Below are positions 20,460-30,788 of a stretch of 30,788 nt of DNA, piece by piece. Source of the stretch: Chiloscyllium plagiosum (Eukaryota). The notes beneath the pieces are model-generated. The model had not been told where the DNA came from. It made no database searches and worked only from the letters and a program-made list of their open reading frames with translations. The translations under genes and the position numbers were made by a program. The DNA is taken from positions 4,204,961-4,235,748 of the forward strand of contig NC_057751.1 in NCBI RefSeq assembly GCF_004010195.1, read 5' to 3'. How positions within the stretch are numbered: position 1 is the stretch's first letter; every line of letters begins with the position of its first letter.

Positions 20460-22217
20460 GTATGTTTTTGTCATCAGACCTGCTGTGCTCTCAATTTGAG
20501 CCTGTTGTGAATCATTGGTGTGAATGTATCTTCCGACCCTGTCCCTGTTAACTTTGATTTGTCCATCAGTTTGTCAAGCAAATCCTTGACAAATCTCTCA
20601 CTTCATGCCTGTGAATTTTTAAAGACGTTTCTAAATAAAATGTAGGTCATCAGGCAGAGGAGCATGTAAAACCCATGAGAGGGTGAATTATGTGCGGTGC
20701 CTGTGCACTTAGTGGCAGTCTGAATGCTTAGTTGTCCGGAAAGACATTTTTTCAGATAATACCTTGAAATCCAGCTACAGAAGGCACCTAAGCACAGAAA
20801 CTCCTCCAGCCTGGGAAGGTTTGCTGTTGCTTCTTGACAAGATGAAGCTGCTTCCATCCCAGCCAGGGATCTGCTCACCAGTTGAGCACAGGGGACAAAC
20901 ATTCAAAAGTTAATAGAATTGGAAGGAAGTAGCGATAATGGTCGCTAATGTGTTTCATGTCCTAGTGACACCTCCGTTTGTGCATGAGCAAAGCCTGTGA
21001 TCAGGTACCTGGCACGAGCGGCTGGGACAGTCACCTTTGTATTGTATCTGTGGGATGGTGGGTGTCCTAACAGCAGTTATTCTCTCTGGGATGTCAGGAA
21101 GCCTGACAGATGCACATGACTTGGAACAAGATGTCTCAGGTTGAGGAGTGACTGGAGACAGCGATTGCACACTTGGCCCAGCTCCTCGCTAATATTTTTA
21201 CCCAGAACAACCAGTTGTTTTCCAAGCATTCGCTTGACAAATTATATTTTCTGGTGAGTCGGGTGTTTACGCCAGATCTGGGCAGCATTTCAGCCAGTGC
21301 ACCACCTTCACTTTCATTTCTAGTATTAGCTCAGGTATTCTACTGTCCAGCTCAGCCCTGGGAAGTGGAATCCAGAGGAGCTGAACCATTCCTTCTCACA
21401 CACGTTTTAATCTTCATACAATCCTCATAGATCATTTCCAGTTTCAAAATCATCACATGATGAGTTGGAAACATTGTTAAATGGATGAAAGATTAAGTCC
21501 CATTCTATTTGTCCTGCTATCCTGGCTGCTCGTTGCAACAGTAATGTAATTGTTGTCTAACTATGGCAAGTAATCTCTGTCAGTTAATCTGCAGAAGAGA
21601 AGAAAGGGGTTTGGGAGTCGCAGATCCCTGTTAGTGTGAAGAGTTCCAGTTAAAATTTCACAGGCTCAGAAAAGTCTAGTTTGTGTGTGGCATTGAGTCT
21701 TTGAAATGCTTTCTGTTCAGTGCAGAATAAATCATAATATGGCCTTTGAGAAAATGTTGCTGTTTTGTATTCATCAGAATATGGCTTAAATGAAGACGTC
21801 TTTGTATTTTCCATGCCTCAGAGATTTTGCAATGGAACCAGCCATGCCCACTGCTGGAACAGTCAAGTGGTGTAAGATCACCTGTGGCCCACCTCACCGA
21901 GCACCCACAAACTCTCCCACAGCCTGGTGTTAGGTGTAACTGACTGCAAGGCTTTGGAAGGCCTGAGGTGGCAACCTGCTGACTGTCTTCCCTCTTCTAT
22001 GTTGCAAATCAGCAAACAGAAGGCCCATGGGTCTTTGGCTACACTTGTGAGCGGAGCTGAAACATGGCCTCTGCTGGCCATTGCTGAAGGAGCAATTGTC
22101 CAATGTTGAGAATATGAGCAATGCCTCGGTTCAGAAAGAGTTAACGTGTAAGAGTTCATAGTTGATGCTTGTGTTATCCTCGGGCTATACAAATGCATGC
22201 TTTGACCTCTCTTCCAG

Positions 22218-22235
22218 GTGGACCAACATTTGCAG
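22218..22235 (+). CDS. ASH2L: ASH2L 18-nt in-frame microexon (probably alternatively spliced)
   Basis: tttgacctctcttccag|GTGGACCAACATTTGCAG|gtgaaa. Symmetric phase 1-1; adds GGPTFA between NLN and GGTVGG. TGCATG upstream (22194..22199) and downstream (22420..22425). Confidence 0.75.
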
Positions 22236-25079
22236 GTGAAAGTTTGTGTCTTAAGAAGTTCTGAACCTTAAGTATTTTGTACCTGCCTTAAAATGCTTGT
22301 TGTTTAGCGATTTGCAGTGTCTTTTGTTTAAAATTACCTGAGCTGTTTGTTTCCTCTGATCTGAACTGGGCAAAAAGGTGTGACATTTGTACAAGGGAAG
22401 GAAAATGCTGTTTATTTTTTGCATGAAGACAAGTTCAGACACGAACCTGTGCTTGAAAGCCGCATGAACTGCTTGCCCCTGATATATAGCAAGCTGTATT
22501 CATCTGCTTGAATTTTAATTTTGAATCAGGACATTGTTTGATGACCAGAGATTGTAACTGGGCCTGACGATGATGGTGCAGTTCCTGTTGCAGTGCAGAG
22601 TTGAGAATTGCACAGTTCAAATCAGATGACCCAGTTTGATTGGAAGTTTGAGTGGGTGATGGCGGTGATGGACATCTTCTTACCTTTGCTGCCTTGAGCT
22701 TGAGGTAGTGAGCATTCTGAAACCTGTGTATTCAAGGAACATCCAGTTGCACCCAGTTGTTGTTAAAGAGAGGGCAGGTTGGATTGTGATGTTGGTCACA
22801 GTACAGCTGCAATGTGTAGCATCTCCCAGCAGAGGGAACCCAAACTGGGCCCAATCAGGCACTGATGTCACCTTTAAATGCACTGAATTTCAAACTGTCC
22901 ACTTCTGTGTGCAACACCCTTCCTCCCTACCTCAGTTAAGTGCATTCTAGTTACTTTCTCGATCATTATCTCTGCTTTTGCCCTTCCCCAAGAAACTCTT
23001 GCTTTTTTTCTCCTCTCTGCTCACCTCGTGGTTAAGTTGGCAGTCTGGGATGTTCCGTGGCCCAGGTTCGGCTGATGATGAGGGACAGAGCAACTGCTAT
23101 GATTGGGAATCACGACTCTTCAGGAAGCGGGGGAGAATCAGTCGCAACTGCGTTTCATTTTCCTTTCCCAATTCCAGTCTAAATGTCGGATAAGATCAGG
23201 GTTCCAACTCCTCACTAACACCCTCTGGTCAAAGCTGCCAGAGTTGGTCATCCAGACTTTGAAGTGAGGTATGGGGCTTTTTGTCTGCAGGGTAGCCAGC
23301 AACTGGGAACCCCGTTACTCCCTGGTGGCACAGAGCAGTCACCGCAGAGTGGGTATCGAATCTCCCACCTTGCCATTGGGAGCGCTCACTGGAGCTCTCA
23401 AAGAGAGGAACCTGTCCTGGAACACTGGTCTCCATCTGAGCAGTCCCATGTGAAGCCAGCAAGTTCCTGGGTACTTGAGGGCACTGGCTGGGTGCTGCTG
23501 CTGCTAACTGAACGCAAACAGGCTCAGCACAAGCGAGAATCGTGGCTTCACCATTTGTGTTTGCAGGGCGTCTCAGTGGTGCGACATGCAATGACGGGAC
23601 TGGGGGTCGGGCCCGTGATGCTACACAAGGTGAGTTAACAATATCCACTGGAACTGTCTGGGTGGCTGGGAATGGGGGGGTCGGTGGGGGGGAGAGATGG
23701 GGTAAGCATCGTGTTCTGGTCTTGCCCTCATTCCCAAATGTGGCTGAAGGCTGCTCAGGATACTGTCCTCCCCTGTAAAGCATCTTGAATGAAAATGGAC
23801 TCCAGCCTTTTGAGTTGATTGGCTGAAGCAAAGTTGGCCTCGACTACTTCCAAATTGAAATGGGTTTGTCTGCCATCTGCAATTCTTGATGATTTAGGCT
23901 GGGGAGTGGTAATGTGAGACACCTGAGAGGAGAGAATCCATTGCAGGTGAGGGAGTCATGTAGATGGCTTCAACTCTGCACCAAACCCAAGCTTAATTCA
24001 CTTGGATTCTGATCCTTAACCAGTCAGCTTTACTGAACTCAAAAGTTGAGCACAATATCGTGGAACTTCTCTCACCTTGAAAGCACTCTCTTTCACTCTG
24101 TTCAGGATTGACCCTCCCATGTGCAGTTTAGCAGGTCCAATAAGATGCGTCTGTAGTTTTGCCCTTGACTTTGTTGCTGCAGCGGTATTATGTTCCGTCT
24201 ACATTATAGTAAGATGACCTTTGGGGAATGCATGCATGCTTTTGTCAGTACTTCTGTGTGGAACATTTGTCCTGCTGTCTGTCATCTTTTGCATCGACAT
24301 TGTAAAACTCTGCTCCATACTGAGGATGAGACCGAGTTAAGTCTGCCTGATAGCTTGTGGAAAAGCTAGCAGAAAGTTAAAATCTTGCTTTGTGTTTCTT
24401 GAATAGGGTCAGGCGTAATGCTGATGTGAGTCACTGGGGTTTGCAGGAAGTGTTGAGGCTAGATTGGAAATATATTCTCAACGTGCTTATTTGCTTTTTA
24501 AGCAGTAAATTATGGGGGGCTAAATTGATCAAGTGGAATAAATCTGTTACGACTTAAATTATTTCATTAAGTTGATTTATTCTCAGTCATGTTATGCTAT
24601 TCTTATGTAGAACTGGATATCTGCTGGAGAAAACCAAAATGTGTTTTATATTGGCAATGGCAAGTGGTATGGAGGCATTTGGAGCAAAGAGCGATTGTTG
24701 ATTGTAGTCTGTTTGATTCTAGGTGGTGTATAATCTTAGGAGCTGTGCACAGTTTGAAGGAGTAATATTGTGCTGCTACTCCATGTCTACACACCAAGGT
24801 TCACTGCTCTCCTGTTTTCCCAAATTCGCTCACTCTCCATTTGCTCTCTGCTGTTCATATTTACTGTACACCCATACCCTTTCCCTTAGTCATGTAGCTT
24901 CTTCAACTCAAGACCCATAGTCTGTCACCCTCAACACTTGCATTCTCCACCATTATAAAAGAAGGATGGCAGGGATAAACCAGAAAGCTGCAGGCCAGTG
25001 CGGCGAATGTCTGTGGTGGCGCGATGGTTGGAAACTGTTGAGGGGCAGAATTAATTTCTCGTTGGAGAGGCACTGATTC

Positions 25080-25980
25080 ATGAAGGGGAGTCAGCATGGC
25101 TTGGTCAGGGGGAGCTCAGGTCTCACAGACTGTACTTTTTGAGGAAGTTACTGGGTGTGTAGCTGAGGGTCGTGCAGTCGATGCCTATATAGACCTCAGT
25201 CAGGCTCTTTCCAAAGTCTCACATGGCAGGCTGCTTAAAAACTGGGATCCGGGGCAGTTTGGAAAATGGGATCCAAAAGAGGCTCTGTGATGGGAAGCAG
25301 AGGGTGATGGTTGAAAGGTGTTTTGGAGATTGAAAGCCTGGGTCCAGTGGCATTCCACAGGATTTGGCGCTGGGTCTCTTGCTGTTTGTAGTGTACACTG
25401 ACGACAGAGACGTGAATGTATGCGCTATGATCTGTACCATTGCAAGAAAAGGGAAAATGGAAGGTGGGGGAAATAGTGAGGTGGAAAGACTAGACTGCAG
25501 GATGATGTAGATGGGGCTCAACAGTGGCAAATGAAATGTCATCCTGAAAAGTGTGAGCTCATGTGTTCTCTTGGAAGGATTGTGCCGAGGATCAGAGGGA
25601 CCTCGGTGTTAATGTTCACAGATCCTTCCAGGCAGCAGGACCGGTGGCTCAGATGGTTCAGAAGGCAGATGGGATATTGGCTGACATTAGTCAAGATATT
25701 GTGTACAGAAGCAAGGAGGACCTTGGTGGTGTTCAAGTCCTGTCTCCTCAAGAGGTCTGTCATGACATCTGAGCAGGTTGATTGAAAAAATATTGTTTTT
25801 CATGACTGCAGTGCTGTGTCCAGTTCGAGGTGCCACACGAATGGACTGCCCCAGAGAAGGGGTACGTGAGATGAAACAGGATGTTACCTGGGCTGGAGCG
25901 ATGAGCTCTGAACAGAGATCCGAAAGATTGGTGTTGTTTTCCTTGGATCAGAGCTGGCTGTGGGCCGGGTGTCCTGATTA
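25080..25980 (+). mobile_element. Degenerate CR1-type LINE reverse-transcriptase fragment
   Basis: Remnants QHG...EGRAVD.YIDLS.A.SKVSHGRLL, SGIPQ.LALG.LLF.VY and RDLGVNVHRS. An oppositely oriented CR1 piece follows at about 25995..26250. Confidence 0.8.
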
Positions 25981-28373
25981 AGGAGTACTAAGGTCTATTC
26001 ATGTGTCTGTCAAGATGCTTCTTATACATTGCTGTGCTATCTGCCTCCACCACTTTCTCTGGCAGCACATTCCAGCAACTTAACACCCTCTGTGTTAAAG
26101 AAAAGTAGCTGTCATACCCCCTTAAACCTATGTCCCCCCCGTAATTGACATTTTTTACCCTGGGGGAAAAAGTCTCTGACTATCCACTCTCTCTGTGCCA
26201 CTCCTAATTTTATAAACCCCTATCAGGTCGCCCCTCAGCCTCCAACATTCACTAACCACAGCAAAAGGGTCTCTTTCCACACTATAAGAACTTCATGACT
26301 CTTCAATTCTAGGTTGGGGAGCCTTGACAGTTTGGCACTGGTTCTCCCCTGTGTCTCAGAAGATGCAGTTTTGATGCATTTAATGCAGTGAGGGGAGATC
26401 TCCGTCTGCATCGGTAATGCGGGACAGAGTGCATATCCTCCACACTGGGAGTGGTCCTGAACAAGAAGACACAGGAGCAGTTGGTCTTGCGTGAAGTGGA
26501 ATGAACTTATTGTGGAAGGGTGTTGGAATAAAACTTCAGAACTAGGATGTAGAAAGAGATCGGAGTGTTACCATTGCAGCTGTACGTCTTTGAATCAGTG
26601 TCACCATCTGCACATGATGGCATTTGACTGATTGCAGAAGAGTTCAGGGTCTGCCAGTGTCGTCAGTGTTCTGCATCCATCTTCTAAGTGTTGGAAGTTT
26701 CTGTTTTCTGTGCAACCTTTTGTGCCTTTGTGCTTTCCCCTTTGAGAATAGCTGCAGAAACTATCAATCTTGCCACGCAATGTTCCTGCTGACGTTTCCA
26801 AAAATCCTGCGCTCCTCCAATTAAAAAAATACGTCTCGTTTCATCCTGATTTGCGTCCTTCTTGCTTTGAGAGCGGTTACTGGCAGAACTTAGCACAGGT
26901 GCCCATTACAGTGTTCAAGCAGCCCATAGCTCAATGCATCCAGCACAGCCACATCATGGGCTTGTGAATGGCTTCCAGAAAAGGCAGCGGTTGTCTCTCC
27001 CTTCCTCCCAGTGAGATAGTGTGCCTTGTCAGGGATTTGGAAATCTGGACTTGACTTGCACAGTGTCAAGTGGGTACCATCTGAAAATTAATACTGAAGA
27101 TCTGTTGGGTGGCAGCACTAAACTACTCTTGAGTGTGCCTTTCTCTGGTCTGCAAGGCATCAGCTGCATGGATTGAAGCAAAACGCGAGCAATCCTGTGG
27201 CAAATAAGCTGCAGAGTTAAGCAGATACAAGAATTAGTGTTGTAATGGTACAATTGGACCTGGAGGCCAGACTCAAATCTACGACTTGGCTTGTTGCAAC
27301 TGTGATTGCAATGGGTTCAGTAACAAACACCGTGTCAAATTGACTGCACTCTCAGTACAACCCGTGTGTACAATGAAGGGTCAAGTCCTGAAATTACATT
27401 TTAATTGAACAGGCGTGACCAGATGTGGTCTGAAATGTGCTTCTCTCTTCCCCGTCCTAGCATTTATCTGGAACAGATTACTGAATGTGTTAATTCATCA
27501 GAGGAAGTTGAGATGTGGAGTCATGTTTCTAATTGCTGTGGTTTGGTGTTGGAATGGCCCTGCAGAGTTAAGGCAAGTACAGACTCCCCGACCCAGTCTG
27601 ACAGCTGAACTTTGCTGCTGTCTGAATTTTTCACTGCTCTTTTCTCCTATGTTTCCCAATGGGCTGCCATGACTCAGTGGAAAATGCACCATTCAGCTTG
27701 AATTTTAAAATGCAAGGTTCCACTTTGAGAAATAATGAAGATCGATAGGCAACAAGGAGTGTAGAATTCACTTGAAAGAGTGAGAACATGTTTGAAGGGT
27801 AGAGTTTGAGTTTGCAGAAATGGAAGCAAGTCATGGGAGGGAGTTGAGCTAACGTTTGGCAGACTCTTAAAAGTGTTTGGTTCCGTTTCCACACTATTCA
27901 TTATGTCTCAATATATGTGTAGCTTGGTAATGAGTTAGTGAGTTGCCTGGTTCAGCAGCTGCTCAAAACAGTCAGACAGAGGTTAGTTCATTTTGTTGTG
28001 ATTTCACCTTGAAAACCAGGTAATACTGACAGAAGGTGTCTTCAAGGAAACATTTGAAATGTATTGACTTGTTCCTTGAGAGATTCTGGCAATAGTGGAC
28101 TTGAAGGAAAGCCTAGTAAATAACCTTGCGCTGCTATGCTGAAATTGGTGTTGGTGTTGTCAGCAATAATTCCTATTTTTGTCCTGTCCCAAGTCCTTGT
28201 TCCTTCTGTCCCAGGCATGTCAAGGAGAGAAAAGCTTGCAGGCTAGTCTGTTCCCAGTGCACATCAGGCTGTTGCATCTTGTGCTTTTCCCCCTGAGTGG
28301 TTGCTCAGCTGTGAGTGTTTGGGAGCAGACTGTTCAGTCCCAGATCACAATCTTCAGTGTTTTCTCTTCCAAG

Positions 28374-28461
28374 GTGGCACTGTCGGAGGAAGCGGGAAAG
28401 GAAGAGGAGCAAAGCGTAAACAGGATGGAACCTCAGGAGGGACTGCCAAGCGAACCCGAAG
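28374..28461 (+). CDS. ASH2L: ASH2L internal exon (basic, NLS-like linker)
   Basis: ttttctcttccaag|GT GGC...CGA AG|gtgaga; 88 nt, phase 1 to 2; GGTVGGSGKGRGAKRKQDGTSGGTAKRTR. Confidence 0.94.
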
Positions 28462-29291
28462 GTGAGACTGTTTGGGAATTGGTGGTGGACCTGTCCATGG
28501 GAGAGCAGGACAGTGCGGGCATTGAGAAAAGAGCCTGTTTTCTCACTCAGCAGTTTGTCGGCTTATTTTCTGCAGCTGTCTTATGGCAGGTTCAGTTCAA
28601 TGTTGGAATGGACACACTGGTTTTTAACTGCAGTGACCTGTCCTGTAACAGCTAAAGTATTTCCTGCTCCGAGAAACATCAGCTTCTTCCAAGACATACA
28701 GCTGGTGACTGAACATTCTGACTTTGCAGTGGACACCCACAAGTAGTGAAGTCCAACTGTCCCACCTTCCCTACAGTCTCTTTGGACAGTGACTGCACTT
28801 GTCAGTCTTTGAGGCATCTCAAAAGGGACAAGATAAATGCTCATCTGTCTTTCGATTTGGTTCGAGGGTGAGGAGAGTGGTGGTACCACCACAAGGAGAG
28901 GGTTGGACTTGTGTTGTGTTGGAGGTGAGTGCTTCATCAGTGACAGCTCAGAGCCTGGTCTCCACTGTCCCTGTTTTACAGCTGTCTGTTATAGTGATTC
29001 AGATAGCTCACCTGGAAGCTCTGGGTGGTGCAGAAAACTGAAATGGTCTCAGTGCATCAAGGGGCAGTTTGCAACATGTATGTCTAAAAGGAATGGCATG
29101 CTGAAATTGGTTGATAGGTGGACAGGGAAGAAATGTGCCACTGTCTGAAGAACAGCAGACAGGAGTGTAGCACCATTCATTCCTCTGGAATTGATGCCAT
29201 TAAACCAGGTGAATGGTAACCTTGCTAGTATTGGTTGGATTCCCATCTAAAAATGACCCTGCTTCCCAAAGGATTGGTTGGGGAGAATCAC

Positions 29292-29598
29292 AGATCATAG
29301 AATTCCTTCAGCATGTAAGCAGGCCATTTCACTGACCCTCCAAAGAGCATCCCCATCCCACAATCCATGGAACCCTGCATTTCCTACGGCCAACCCACCT
29401 AGCCTGCACATCCCTGGACACTATGTGCGAATTAGCATGGTCAATCCACACTAACCTGCATATTTTTGGACTGTGAGAAAAGAGGGGAGGAAACCCACAC
29501 AGACATTGGGAGAACATGCAAACTCCACACAGTCTCCCGAGGGTGGAATCAAACCCGGGTCCCTGACGCTGTGAGGCAACAGTGCTAACCACCAAGTC
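29292..29598 (-). mobile_element. tRNA-derived HE1/V-SINE-type SINE
   Basis: Reverse complement of the 13138..13468 family (ggttagcactgttgcctcacagcgtcagggacccgggtttgattcc). Confidence 0.87.
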
Positions 29599-29607
29599 AC
29601 CTTATAA

Positions 29608-29985
<378 letters not shown>

Positions 29986-30788
29986 TAGAATTTCAGCTTT
30001 GTGTTCCGATATGGGGAAGTGGGGCCCACCTTCCTGCGGGGGGGTCACAGTGGCTCTGACCCTTGTGCTATCGTGTGTTGTTGAACACGAGTGGATCCTG
30101 CAGTATAGTTCATGGCACAGTGCCTGCATTTTTTCCAGTGTCTGTCAGGCAGGGAATGCGTGTTGGAGTCGTTCTCCTGTGCTGCATTGGCATTGAGAAC
30201 ACTGGTTCCACTAACTGAAGTCTCCACCCTTTAGTGAATTAGTAGCACTGAGCTCAGGGTCAGCCTTTTTACAGAGGGAGCCATGTCATGGGGTATCTGA
30301 GTGCACTGCGCCACAACTTGTAGAGATCGAACTACTGGGCTGCAGATTTGCAGTCCTTGAGTTCCAGTTACTCCCAATGTCTGGCCTGCACCAGGCTAGA
30401 CTCCTTCAAAGTATGTTCAGGTAGTCGAGACCCTAACGTTTTCTTACTTAAAAGGCAGATGTGTCGTGGATATTCCAGGTGTGATGCAGCCGGTTCAACC
30501 ATTCGGCTTTAAGGAACATAGAACTTATTGATATACTACGGTTGAAACGTGAACAAAAGTAGAATTTAGAATAACTTAATTATTAGAAAACCCAACTCAC
30601 TCAGTATAGCAACTTAACCCAGGATATGTTCCTGTTCCCGCATCATCGCACAAACGCACTCCTTGCCACAAGGTAATTTCAAACTGGGAGAAAGTGAGGA
30701 CTGCAGATGCTGGAGGTCAGAGTTGAGAGTGTGGTGCTGGAAAAGCACAGCCGGTCAAGCAGCATCCGAGAAGTAGGAAACTGACCCC

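Noticed and set aside
21457..21560. Possible intronic C/D snoRNA (ATGATGA box C)
   Set aside because: No box D (CTGA) or terminal stem at a suitable distance.
23229..23831. 200-aa minus-strand ORF in an ASH2L intron as a nested gene
   Set aside because: No recognisable domain or splice structure; probably a chance ORF or decayed repeat.
24407..24425. Possible second microexon (gaatag|19 nt|gtgagt)
   Set aside because: Frameshifting, no protein homology support, and such site pairs arise by chance in long introns; cannot be supported without RNA data.
28179..28655. 158-aa ORF overlapping an ASH2L exon
   Set aside because: Different frame from the real exon (28374..28461) and no recognisable homology.

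Overview
Eukaryotic vertebrate DNA. The repeat content (HE1/V-SINE-type SINEs, CR1/HER1-type LINE tails, Penelope-type termini) points to a cartilaginous fish, probably a shark; this is inference. Two spliced genes lie head to head about 8.8 kb apart. (1) A nodal-family TGF-beta gene on the minus strand: exon 1 CDS 5320..5080 and exon 2 2057..1267. Exon 3 was not found and is presumably left of the window. It has a TATA box, a promoter FoxH1+Smad module and a candidate intron-1 autoregulatory enhancer. (2) ASH2L (COMPASS/MLL core subunit) on the plus strand: ATG at 14150, then a 500-N assembly gap where the PHD-region exons should be, then five canonical exons and an 18-nt in-frame microexon (22218..22235) that the ORF track misses; the gene runs off the right end. 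Linkage to ASH2L marks this as the Nodal paralogue that mammals lost. The rest is introns and intergenic DNA rich in retroelement fragments. The most unusual feature is several families of short, often fold-back Penelope-like terminal elements carrying minimal hammerhead-ribozyme motifs, two with clear 13-15 bp target-site duplications, including a three-level nested insertion. No prokaryotic systems, CRISPR arrays or rRNA/tRNA genes are supported.
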